64,000 nucleotides of DNA from a virus. Where the stretch lies: the IMG/VR virus record IMGVR_UViG_3300047160_021165, positions 589 to 64,588 of that record, one strand, 5' to 3'. The notes under the pieces are model-generated. The model saw only the letters and a list, made by a program, of their open reading frames with translations. It searched no databases and was not told where the DNA came from. This document shows, in pieces, positions 36,891 through 45,656 of the stretch; within the stretch, counting starts at the first letter, position 1; every line of letters starts with the position of its first letter. The position numbers and the translations under genes were made by a program.

Positions 36891-36927
36891 GTTTTAAGTA
36901 AGCAAAAAATGCTTAGGAGGTCAAATC

Positions 36928-37227
36928 ATGAGAAATTTTAATGAATTCATAGAGTTAGAAGTTCTTAATGAAGATGAAGAAATCCAATATTTGGAAGTGT
37001 TTTTCCAGGGTTATCTGGGAACCGGGTCTGCAATGTCTGACGATCCTACTGATATTGATATCGTTCAAGTAATTGATATTACTGACGATAATAATCACAT
37101 TAAACTGAGTTTAAAGCAGTTAAAACCTGAAGTCGTCGAGCATATCCATGAAATTGCTTACGAAGCCATGTTAGTGGCCGAAGAAAGAAATAGAGAATTA
37201 GCCTTTTATCACGATATTGATGCCTAA
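36928..37227 (+). CDS. Acidic hypothetical protein
   Basis: AGGAGG SD; 99 aa, D/E-rich. Confidence 0.65.
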   Translation: MRNFNEFIELEVLNEDEEIQYLEVFFQGYLGTGSAMSDDPTDIDIVQVIDITDDNNHIKLSLKQLKPEVVEHIHEIAYEAMLVAEERNRELAFYHDIDA

Positions 37228-37239
37228 CAAGGAGAAATC

Positions 37240-37578
37240 ATGAAACTTTACAATATCCGAGTAATTGAAAAAGCAGTCCACGAAACAATCCAAATCAACG
37301 AAGTTAATATGTTCGTAGAACCAGTTAGGACTTTGGACGATTTAGTCGAGTGGGAAGAACGCCTATCTGATTTGCACATTGACTACTCAATAGCCGAATT
37401 TGAAACAGGTTATATGAAAGTCAGCGATGATGCTCCCAGAAACTTTAAGGATTCTGGCTTGACTTCTGCCTACGGAAAGTTCTATAGTATATTCGTGAAC
37501 CCAGAAAATTTTGATTCTGCTTCCGAAGATACTCAACACGGAGTCGAAGATTCTGTTTATACTGAAGATGATATTTAA
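37240..37578 (+). CDS. Acidic hypothetical protein
   Basis: AGGAG SD; 112 aa. Confidence 0.65.
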   Translation: MKLYNIRVIEKAVHETIQINEVNMFVEPVRTLDDLVEWEERLSDLHIDYSIAEFETGYMKVSDDAPRNFKDSGLTSAYGKFYSIFVNPENFDSASEDTQHGVEDSVYTEDDI

Positions 37579-37588
37579 GAGATTTTAG

Positions 37589-39067
37589 ATGAATAAAACC
37601 CCTTACTTAGAAATCCATAATAGTTTTTCTTACTTAAGGGGTTTCCCTAAAACTGCAGTAGATGCAGTCCAAGAAGCGTTAACTTACGAAAATCAGGAGG
37701 TTACGTTTCTAATCCAGCAAATCAAGATCCAGATGACTATGGCTTATCGCCGTAAATTCTACCAAAAGGTCCATTTTTTCAAAGGTAGATTGGCTGAATT
37801 AGAGAATCAGAAGACAGTTTGCTGGCTCAAAAAGGATTCTTTTCCCACAGGCCACCTAGAGCTCGTAATTGGGGCTTTAGACAGTTTGGGTATTAAGTTC
37901 GAAGCTAAAGACCTCCGAGAAAACAAAGCCCGTCAAATCGCCTATAAATTGATTACAGACCTGCCCCCTAATCGATACTACCAAAAAGAAATGCTTGAAC
38001 TGGCAAAAATCCATCATCGAGGCGTTTTCGAGGCTGCCGTGGGTTCCGGTAAAACCAATGTGATTCATAACTTAATCAAAGAATTCCAGGTTCCAGCTTT
38101 GATAGTGGCTCCATCTAAGGATTTGGCTGCACAACTGGCTGATAGTACTGCTACTTTTTTTGGTAAAAAATACGTGGAGTTAGTAGACGGTGCCAAAAAG
38201 ATTAAGAGCGATAAACCCATTAGAATCGTAACCATTCAGACTCTAACGTCTTTATTGAAGAAGGACGGGTTGAAGGCCTTTTTGGAGTCAGTAGGATTGA
38301 TTTGTTGGGACGAAGCCCACCATATGGGGAGCGCTAGTGCCGTGGCTTTGCTGCCCTATTTTGACCATGTTTACTATCGATTCTCCTTTTCCGGCACATT
38401 CATGCGAAATGATTCTAAAACCTTGGATATGTGGGGGTTTGCTTCCACTGTCCTGTACCGATATCCAGCCTCTAAAGCTACCAAAGACGGCTTTTTGACT
38501 CCTTTAAAAACAATTGTCCATGATGTTAGAGGTTTTAAGGGCGGAACGTATCAGAGTGAATATACTAAGAATTATTGTAATAACCCCGAATTGTTGTTAA
38601 AAATAAAAGAAATTCTAGAAGATTTTGTCACAAAAAATGATCAATTATTGATATTGGTTGGACGTAAGGATGGTACGGGAAAAGTAATCTACGATTTTAT
38701 AGATAAGCTTGGATATTCAGCAGTTTATATAGATGGAGATAGTGATAGAGCTTTGGTCAAGGAAAGCCTATCAGCCTTCAATAATAAAAAAATCCAAATA
38801 CTTATAGGCTCTTCCATAATTGGAGAGGGTATAGATATTAGGTCCACGGACCATTTAATCATGGCTCAGGGAGGTAAATCGGAGATAGCAGTAACCCAAG
38901 CCGTAGGTAGGGCAGTCAGACTCTATCCGGGAAAAGAGGTGGCTTTTCTCCATGATTTCAAGTTCCTTAACACAAAATATTTAGAAAAGCACCTGAATAG
39001 CCGATTAGATATTTATGCCAAAAATTTCGATAGTGAAATAATCCTCTGCGGAGAAGATGATGTTTAA
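37589..39067 (+). CDS. SF2 helicase (UvsW-like)
   Basis: AVGSGKT, WDEAHH, FSGT, GEGIDI and QAVGRAVR. Confidence 0.9.
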   Translation: MNKTPYLEIHNSFSYLRGFPKTAVDAVQEALTYENQEVTFLIQQIKIQMTMAYRRKFYQKVHFFKGRLAELENQKTVCWLKKDSFPTGHLELVIGALDSLGIKFEAKDLRENKARQIAYKLITDLPPNRYYQKEMLELAKIHHRGVFEAAVGSGKTNVIHNLIKEFQVPALIVAPSKDLAAQLADSTATFFGKKYVELVDGAKKIKSDKPIRIVTIQTLTSLLKKDGLKAFLESVGLICWDEAHHMGSASAVALLPYFDHVYYRFSFSGTFMRNDSKTLDMWGFASTVLYRYPASKATKDGFLTPLKTIVHDVRGFKGGTYQSEYTKNYCNNPELLLKIKEILEDFVTKNDQLLILVGRKDGTGKVIYDFIDKLGYSAVYIDGDSDRALVKESLSAFNNKKIQILIGSSIIGEGIDIRSTDHLIMAQGGKSEIAVTQAVGRAVRLYPGKEVAFLHDFKFLNTKYLEKHLNSRLDIYAKNFDSEIILCGEDDV

Positions 39068-39482
39068 GTTGTCCGTTTCAGTTCCACAAAGCAATTCCAA
39101 AGTACTGATCCTGAAAGGATACAGCGAACAGCTTCCAAATCAGCAAGAGAATTTCTCACTAATGATGTATCGAGATTTTTGTAAAATAATCATTGACTTC
39201 GGCAAAGTCTACAATGTTAAAACCATTGGGTCTGAACTATTACTGGTTCAGGCAGAACATGCCGTAGTCGAAATAGAAATCTTACAGGGAGAATTGAATG
39301 AAAATTCCGGAAAAGTCTATGATTTTTTGAAGGCTAAAAACTCCAGAAAATCTAAGCAGAAGAAGTCCGAAGGTGTTTCACCAGCATCCAAGGAAGAACT
39401 CATTAAAATGGTGAAAGATATAGTCAAGGAGATGGATCAAGAGGTCGCAGACCCTCCGACTCTGAAACTAATCAAGGAGTAA
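39057..39482 (+). CDS. Hypothetical protein
   Basis: ORF coupled to the helicase. Confidence 0.55.
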   Translation: MMFKLSVSVPQSNSKVLILKGYSEQLPNQQENFSLMMYRDFCKIIIDFGKVYNVKTIGSELLLVQAEHAVVEIEILQGELNENSGKVYDFLKAKNSRKSKQKKSEGVSPASKEELIKMVKDIVKEMDQEVADPPTLKLIKE

Positions 39483-39484
39483 AA

Positions 39485-40072
39485 ATGTTACGTAAAATAC
39501 TATTCGGGCTATTTATTGTAAGCATGCTTTTCGGCCCAGCCGTAGCAGCTACAGCGAAACCAGCCCATGAGACTCAAGAATCCGTAGATCAGGCCTTTGA
39601 TAGAGCCGCCTCGGAGGAAGGAGTTCCAGTCAAGTTGCTCAGAGCTATATGCTGGGCAGAATCCCGCCACAACCCCTTAGCTTATGCCTACGGCGACGGA
39701 AGAGGAGATAACCACTCTTTCGGACTATGCCAAATCCTTCACAGTACTGCCAAACAATTTGGATTCAAAGACGACAAATGCTACGGAGATTTCTCCGATC
39801 TATCCTCTAGATCGTACAAAGGATGCAAACTCTTCGGATCCTACACAAATGCGAAATATGCGGCTAGATACATTAGGTCCATCATGGATAAATACGATGA
39901 TAGTTACAGCTCAACCATAGCCGTATATAACGCGGGTTCCTTGAAGACCTGTACTACCGGGAAGGTCTATAGAGCGAAGGATCATTCATTTCTGTATAGA
40001 TGCCATAAAGGCGGATTAATTAATCAAATTTATATAGATAGGGTTCTAAAAGCTATGGAAGAAGGCAAATAA
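39485..40072 (+). CDS. Secreted lytic transglycosylase (SLT domain)
   Basis: Signal peptide; AICWAES (catalytic Glu), SFGLCQI and AVYNAG. Confidence 0.82.
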   Translation: MLRKILFGLFIVSMLFGPAVAATAKPAHETQESVDQAFDRAASEEGVPVKLLRAICWAESRHNPLAYAYGDGRGDNHSFGLCQILHSTAKQFGFKDDKCYGDFSDLSSRSYKGCKLFGSYTNAKYAARYIRSIMDKYDDSYSSTIAVYNAGSLKTCTTGKVYRAKDHSFLYRCHKGGLINQIYIDRVLKAMEEGK

Positions 40073-40110
40073 ATTAAGTAGGTTACTAGGAATAACCCTT
40101 TAATTTATTT
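40068..40110 (+). terminator. Long imperfect hairpin after the SLT gene
   Basis: AAATAAATTAA..GGTTA-loop-TAACC..TTAATTTATTT. Confidence 0.45.
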
Positions 40111-40127
40111 ATCTTTTAAAATATTCC

Positions 40128-40154
40128 TAAGGTTTTATGGTGAAACTCCGACAA
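40128..40154 (+). promoter_or_regulatory. sigma28-like promoter TAAG(GTTT)-N15-TCCGACAA
   Basis: Intergenic, 31 nt upstream of the 40186 ATG. Confidence 0.6.
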
Positions 40155-40185
40155 GTATATTGAAAGTAGCTTGGAGGAGCTAATC

Positions 40186-40395
40186 ATGGTTAAGAGTTAC
40201 AAAATAATCTACAAACAGATAACCCTATATAATATTGAATATTATGTGGGTGTTATCTTGGATGAAGAATCCAGAGTAGCTGTTTATACAACCAAAGCCT
40301 TGTCTGAAATCAGCATCAAACAAAGATTGCAGAACAAAATCAGATGGTTAGAATACCAAGAAAGAAAAAACAAAGGAGAAACATCATGGGAATAG
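40186..40395 (+). CDS. Hypothetical protein
   Basis: GGAGGAG SD; 69 aa. Confidence 0.55.
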   Translation: MVKSYKIIYKQITLYNIEYYVGVILDEESRVAVYTTKALSEISIKQRLQNKIRWLEYQERKNKGETSWE

Positions 40396-40707
40396 CTTTA
40401 TTAATAGTATCTTGCGGTTACGCCTTATGCTTATATAATCAGCATAAAAATCATGAAGATCTAAAACGTTGCATAAAGCAAATTAGCCGTAAATAGGTAA
40501 TTACAATGAGTAATAAAGTTAAATTTTCTAATCTATTAGAGCCTATAAAAAATAATGACTGAGTTTAGTAAGTTACTGTCTAATAAGATTAGTTCTTCTC
40601 TAATCCCAGATGCTAAGGGTGATTGGGAAGATTTTACCGAAGATGACTTATTAAAAGTATTATTAGACGAGGAACCCAAGGATAAATCAACCTTACACTA
40701 AGGAGAG

Positions 40708-41163
40708 ATGCTCATGGAATACCTTCCAATTTCTCAAAAAGAACTAAATTCTTTGATAGAAGAGCATGAACTTTGGATTAAATCTAATGGTAAAGCGGGA
40801 AAAAACTTAAATTTGGTTAAGCGGTCCCTGAATAACCTAAATATCACTGGGAATCTGGCCCATTCTAACTGGTTTGATCTGCAAATCACGGATATCATGA
40901 TTTCTGAGGCCGATTTAACAAGGTCGGTTTGGGAACATATAATCGGGGACCATATATTATCTAATGGTTCGAATTTGACAGGTTTAAAGGGCTATGATAT
41001 AAACTGTACTCAGTTGAAGTTTATGAGATCTATAATCCTAGATTTAGGTATCTATAGATCTTCCATAGATTCGATCACAACCATAGGGTGCGATATGCCT
41101 ACTAAACCCTTTGAAAAACTTGAACAAAATAAATACGTTGAATTTAAAGTGAAGGCTAAATAA
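40708..41163 (+). CDS. Degenerate pentapeptide-repeat-like protein
   Basis: The N-terminus LIEEHELWIKSNGKAGKNLNL matches the cap of pentapeptide-repeat proteins and is followed by eroded 5-residue periodicity. Confidence 0.5.
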   Translation: MLMEYLPISQKELNSLIEEHELWIKSNGKAGKNLNLVKRSLNNLNITGNLAHSNWFDLQITDIMISEADLTRSVWEHIIGDHILSNGSNLTGLKGYDINCTQLKFMRSIILDLGIYRSSIDSITTIGCDMPTKPFEKLEQNKYVEFKVKAK

Positions 41164-41480
41164 TGGAAAAAGATAGCAAATCCGTGATCTTAGAGATATC
41201 TTCTGATGGATATGCTCTTTACTATGCAGCTGATCATAAAAATATAGTGTCCATGACTATGTTGAAAGCCGCCCAAGGTAAAGCTTACGATGTGAATAGA
41301 ATGCTAGTAGCACTAGAAAATGCTGCTGATCACCTTAATAACTTTAAATTCTTGCTAGAAACTAATACGGTAACTTTGAAAGTAGTTCCATCCACTATGG
41401 CTTTGGAATTATTGAATAATGCTGCGAGATCTAAGGGTTTAAAACTCCTAAAAAAATTAGGTGTATTACTGCCACAATAA
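41163..41480 (+). CDS. Hypothetical protein
   Basis: TAATG-coupled ORF. Confidence 0.55.
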   Translation: MEKDSKSVILEISSDGYALYYAADHKNIVSMTMLKAAQGKAYDVNRMLVALENAADHLNNFKFLLETNTVTLKVVPSTMALELLNNAARSKGLKLLKKLGVLLPQ

Positions 41481-41489
41481 GGAGATAAA

Positions 41490-41873
41490 ATGGTCATTGA
41501 ATTAGAACATGCTTTTTCTGGGACTCACGTATTTGGTGAATTTTACGGAGTAGACGGCCATTTATTGAACGATTATGATCGTTTGGAAAGCGCCTTGTTG
41601 GCTGCAATCCAAAAGAGTGGGGCTACAGTCTGCAATATCCAAGGTAAGCTATTTTCCCCCAACGGGATAACTATCCTTGCTCTATTGGAAGAATCCCATG
41701 CAAGTTTGCATACTTACCCCGAAGAAGGAGCGGTATTCTTTGATGTATTTACCTGCGGGAATAAGTGTAATCCTTTAGAAGCGGTGGAAATGCTCAGGGC
41801 CGCATTCCGTCCAACTGAAGAAAAAGTCAAGGTAAATCAAAGGGGTAGAAAAAAAGCTAAAGTTTTAGAATAA
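41490..41873 (+). CDS. speD: S-adenosylmethionine decarboxylase proenzyme (class 1B)
   Basis: GTHV, FSPNG, LLEE|SHASLHTYPE self-cleavage motif and DVFTCG. Confidence 0.92.
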   Translation: MVIELEHAFSGTHVFGEFYGVDGHLLNDYDRLESALLAAIQKSGATVCNIQGKLFSPNGITILALLEESHASLHTYPEEGAVFFDVFTCGNKCNPLEAVEMLRAAFRPTEEKVKVNQRGRKKAKVLE

Positions 41874-41884
41874 AGCCCCGATAA
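41858..41884 (+). promoter_or_regulatory. sigma28-like promoter TAAA(GTTT)-N15-CCCGATAA
   Basis: Spans the speD stop; 41 nt upstream of the 41926 ATG. Confidence 0.7.
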
Positions 41885-41925
41885 GTATTTTGTGAATAAT
41901 AAATCTCTATGAGAGGAAAATTATC

Positions 41926-42099
41926 ATGAAAAATTACGATTGGATCAAAAAAGAACTAGAACAAATCCCAAGAACCCTTCATATCAACGTTGAAGAATTC
42001 GAAGACGAAGAAAACCCAGCTCTTTACCTAGACGAGGAAGAACTGGTGGATGATGATGAAGGCGTAGATTTCGCAGACGATTATGCCTTTGATGAGTAG
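41926..42099 (+). CDS. Very acidic small protein (57 aa; not in ORF track)
   Basis: GAGG SD; MKNYDWIKKELEQIPRTLHINVEEFEDEENPALYLDEEELVDDDEGVDFADDYAFDE has 22 D/E. Confidence 0.6.
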   Translation: MKNYDWIKKELEQIPRTLHINVEEFEDEENPALYLDEEELVDDDEGVDFADDYAFDE

Positions 42100-42104
42100 G
42101 ATAT

Positions 42105-42560
42105 ATGGACTTAAGAGATAAGAAAATAGATAAAACTTACGACATCCCTTATACTGCTGGATATAGTAAAGATGGCAAAACGATCTACATAGATCGAAAA
42201 ATGCCAGAATTCCTGACTTCCAGGTATTATGATAATCAGGTAATGGATGTTCATAAATATTTAGTCCATCACGAAGTAACCGAGAAAACATTTATGGATA
42301 CTTTTGGCTATAGCTATATAAAAGCTCATAGCCTGGCCTTGGCAGTAGAAGCAGCTTTAATGGCTCAGGATGGAGTCATGATAGATGAATATTACGGTCT
42401 ATCAGAAAGCTACTATATAGCCAATGAAAGATTAGATGCCATAAACTTAGTGCCCCTAGATTTGGATATAACCCCCTATCTAGATGACGGTAGAGAAGAT
42501 CTAGTGGGGCGTATTCTAGAATGCCAAGTAGCCCAAAGAAAAGGGCTGCAAACCCCTTAA
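42105..42560 (+). CDS. Conserved hypothetical protein with HExxE...H motif (possible Zn hydrolase)
   Basis: DIPYTAGYSKDGKTIYIDR, HHEVTEK and AHSLA. Confidence 0.55.
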   Translation: MDLRDKKIDKTYDIPYTAGYSKDGKTIYIDRKMPEFLTSRYYDNQVMDVHKYLVHHEVTEKTFMDTFGYSYIKAHSLALAVEAALMAQDGVMIDEYYGLSESYYIANERLDAINLVPLDLDITPYLDDGREDLVGRILECQVAQRKGLQTP

Positions 42561-42580
42561 TTTCCTATTAGGAGAAAATC

Positions 42581-43132
42581 ATGAAAAAGAAGTTTGAATT
42601 AGACCGAGTATATAAACCAGTAAACCCCAAATCTGAAGTCAGCTTTGCTGAAGTTGTTTATAAGCTTCCAGAAAAAGCTACCGGAATTGAAGGGCTTTTT
42701 ATAGCCAGAATCTATCTCAAATCAGGACAAACCCTATTAGCCCCTTATACTACCGATGGTATCCTAGTTTCCGATAGACCCATGTCTGATTTAGAGAAAA
42801 AAGGCTTGGCTTTGAGCACTGAAGAGTTCAACATAGCGGAAAGCAATAAAGCTATGACTCGAATTTTCCAGGAATATCAAGAAGATAAAAAACCCATATT
42901 TGAACATGAAATAGCTATCCATTATAAGAATAAATATCATTTTGAAGATGAAATTTCAATGGCTCCGGAATACATAGTCCCTTATGTTAAATTAGACGGT
43001 CAATTAGATAAATATGGGAAAAATTTGATAGCTCTATTGAAATTCCGGGGTAAAAAGGAAGTCAAGGTTCTTCTTTTCAATCCGGAAGAATTCTACAACT
43101 TTACTGAAACTCTTTGTAAATCAGAGATTTAA
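42581..43132 (+). CDS. Hypothetical protein
   Basis: AGGAG SD; 183 aa. Confidence 0.6.
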   Translation: MKKKFELDRVYKPVNPKSEVSFAEVVYKLPEKATGIEGLFIARIYLKSGQTLLAPYTTDGILVSDRPMSDLEKKGLALSTEEFNIAESNKAMTRIFQEYQEDKKPIFEHEIAIHYKNKYHFEDEISMAPEYIVPYVKLDGQLDKYGKNLIALLKFRGKKEVKVLLFNPEEFYNFTETLCKSEI

Positions 43133-43140
43133 GGCGTATC

Positions 43141-43553
43141 ATGAGTAAATTAGTTTCAACTTTAAAATTTTGGTGGAGTGTAGTGGTTTACTGCGCCGTC
43201 TGGCTATGGCTAGTTCCTCCACTTTTGTTCAAACTAGCCAAAGGATTGATAAAAGATCTTATTCTTTTCATCCAAAATGGCGGAAGGTTGAAATAATATG
43301 AATCTCGTTGTAAGCTATTTAATGTTTATAGGAATTATTTGTGGAAGCGTCATTTATGGCATCCATATAATAATAGAAAAAGAAAAAAACAATAAAGATG
43401 AGGATAAATAAGATGTTACAAGAACTTACATTCAAAACCGTGCTTAAATTGACACTTTACTTCTACATCGCCCAAGTTACTTTGTATGGAGCTGCTTTGT
43501 TGGTTATCCATTTGGCAGCTTTTGCTGCAGCTGCTTTAGGGTATGGTGGTTAA
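43141..43553 (+). CDS. Three consecutive micro membrane proteins (43141-43296, 43298-43411, 43413-43553)
   Basis: 51, 37 and 46 aa, each with one hydrophobic segment; stops and starts separated by 1 nt. Confidence 0.5.
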
Positions 43554-43554
43554 T

Positions 43555-43896
43555 ATGAAAAAGCTATTATTACTTGCTTTGATGGGAGGCTTGGGAGCTT
43601 GTACCGTGTCGGAGACGGTATCTTTGGGTGTTGGAGTGGATAGTCAACCCACGCAAACAACTAAACATATGTCCTTGGTTAAGCCCACCTACTATACCAT
43701 GCAAACCGGGTGCTTAGTTTGGGTTCCAAATCTGGAGCATTATCAAAATGTTGCAATTAAAACTTGCGCGGATAAAGGAATGACTCCAGTTGATGCAGGA
43801 ATTACCAATTACAGAGAATGTAAAGCTGATGCCTCTGGAACCCCACTCTATAGTTACACTGTGACTTTTTCTTGCCAACCAAAACAAGGAAAATAA
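43555..43896 (+). CDS. Lipoprotein with paired cysteines
   Basis: MKKLLLLALMGGLGA-C lipobox; four further Cys. Confidence 0.65.
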   Translation: MKKLLLLALMGGLGACTVSETVSLGVGVDSQPTQTTKHMSLVKPTYYTMQTGCLVWVPNLEHYQNVAIKTCADKGMTPVDAGITNYRECKADASGTPLYSYTVTFSCQPKQGK

Positions 43897-43899
43897 AAA

Positions 43900-44346
43900 A
43901 TGGCTAAACCTCTATATGTGTTGTTTGATGCTCAGAATCAGATCTTATTGGGACTAGCTGATAGCTTCGAAACAACCCTCAATATAGCCCATGAATACTG
44001 CGTTATTTGCGATGCAGATTTCGATGTTCTAGATTCTGACGATGGCAGATGGGTAGTTGAGATAGAAGGGGGCTATAAGTACTGGAAATTCAAACTCAAA
44101 AACGACCAGACCATGTTCATGATTTCTGCTGCTGAAATAAATAAGCCTCTATGGAACAAAGAACCGGCATACGATTATGGCCCCACATATGGGGATGATG
44201 GCACAGACGAAGAAGTTCTATTGCCGGAATGGCTAGGAACAGCTTCAACTGGAACCTACACAGTAGCTAATTTATTCTTTCCTGGTATGGGCATAGTAAA
44301 TAAAAGAGATCCAGAAGAAGAAATCCGTCCAGGTAGAGAACTTTAA
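43900..44346 (+). CDS. Hypothetical protein
   Basis: 148-aa ORF ending the plus block. Confidence 0.6.
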   Translation: MAKPLYVLFDAQNQILLGLADSFETTLNIAHEYCVICDADFDVLDSDDGRWVVEIEGGYKYWKFKLKNDQTMFMISAAEINKPLWNKEPAYDYGPTYGDDGTDEEVLLPEWLGTASTGTYTVANLFFPGMGIVNKRDPEEEIRPGREL

Positions 44347-44507
44347 CGATTTCTTCTCAATCTTTCTATTCTGGAACAAAATACTAGAAACTCAAGGGGC
44401 GTAACAGCCCCTGTTTTTATTGATGCCTCTTTTAAGGCCCTTAATGATGGTTCTAAAGAGCTTTCCACTAAAGCCCTTACTTCTGGTCTATCTTCGAACT
44501 TAACCAT
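44343..44507 (-). CDS. Small hypothetical protein (54 aa; not in ORF track)
   Basis: MVKFEDRPEVRALVESSLEP...; stop overlaps the convergent plus-strand stop. Confidence 0.35.
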   Translation of the reverse strand: MVKFEDRPEVRALVESSLEPSLRALKEASIKTGAVTPLEFLVFCSRIERLRRNR

Positions 44508-44645
44508 GGCTAAAACCCCTATTTTGAGGTTTATGGGAAGGTTGCCAACCCTATATAAACGAATTATACTCCCGCCTCAGAAATAGAAAGGGGCCGCTAA
44601 AAGCAACCCCCTGAATAACCCTATATATTTATTTAACCTTTAGTT

Positions 44646-45629
44646 TTAGTGAATTACCAGCTCATTGATAACCATTAACTCAAATCCCTTATTATCTCCA
44701 GGACCTGCAGTGTTTATACAGGGATTAGTATCTCCGGATCCATAAGTGGTTTCTGGAAGCCAAATGGAACAGTAGTTGGAGTTATTTGGTAAGTGATCTT
44801 GTGGATACCATTGAGTATTATGGTTTAATTCATCCATAGCTTCTTGGAAGTTCCCATCAGTATATTTGTGGTAAGCTGCTGAAAACAAAGGATTACCATG
44901 ATTCGAATTATAAATGGTAGTCAACACGTTTAATTCATCTTGGCTTATATAACCTCTTATATCCCCTTCTAGGAGGATATGCCATACGGTTAAATGACTT
45001 ATATATCCGGGGGTAGTATCCCAGCTAACTGGAAGTAAAGTCATGGCCTCCATATCAGGAACGCTACCCCCCATTCTCTGAATCATTAAAGCTAGTTCAG
45101 ACATTTCTGTGGAACTCAAAAGTAATTCTCCTGGAGTTCCAGTTCCCGTCATCAGCCAGTTATTGTTATACCAAGTATTATATATAGAAATCGCTAACTT
45201 GAGATCCTGGTGTTTCCAAATAAACCAATATAATCCCAGGATTTGATCTCTAGAAATCGTGGAACGACTATTACCCCATTGAGGTCCACAATCATGATTG
45301 GGCCTGCGGAACCATTGACCATTAGATTCAGCAGTTTGGATATTCACGTTAACTGCTGGATCTGCAGCACTGACTAAACCGGTCCAAAGCAGGGAGTCAC
45401 AAGTATCCGTAAATATAAACCCATTCTCGTCCATTTCTCCAGGAAGAGCTTGCTTATACAAGTCTGAGGTAGCCTGGAGATTTCCATAAGCCTCAATACT
45501 AACATGAGTAGCCACTTTAGCGTAAACTTTCTTAATTAAATCAACAACATAGTCTTGTCCACATCCTACGCCCTGAGTCAAGATTCCCAATAACAATAAA
45601 TATTTAATGATTTTAGATTTACTGAACAT
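44646..45629 (-). CDS. Putative lipoprotein of unknown function (327 aa)
   Basis: Lipobox-like TQGVG-C; GGAGG SD; helical body rich in W/Y. Confidence 0.6.
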   Translation of the reverse strand: MFSKSKIIKYLLLLGILTQGVGCGQDYVVDLIKKVYAKVATHVSIEAYGNLQATSDLYKQALPGEMDENGFIFTDTCDSLLWTGLVSAADPAVNVNIQTAESNGQWFRRPNHDCGPQWGNSRSTISRDQILGLYWFIWKHQDLKLAISIYNTWYNNNWLMTGTGTPGELLLSSTEMSELALMIQRMGGSVPDMEAMTLLPVSWDTTPGYISHLTVWHILLEGDIRGYISQDELNVLTTIYNSNHGNPLFSAAYHKYTDGNFQEAMDELNHNTQWYPQDHLPNNSNYCSIWLPETTYGSGDTNPCINTAGPGDNKGFELMVINELVIH

Positions 45630-45656
45630 AATGAACCCTCCAATGTTCTATTAATC

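Larger units (their letters stand above)
36464..36927. other. AT-rich divergent control region (candidate origin)
   Basis: No long ORF; strand switch point; two ATCTATAGATTCT copies (36588-36600, 36746-36758) flank a very AT-rich tract; outward-facing promoters. Confidence 0.6.
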
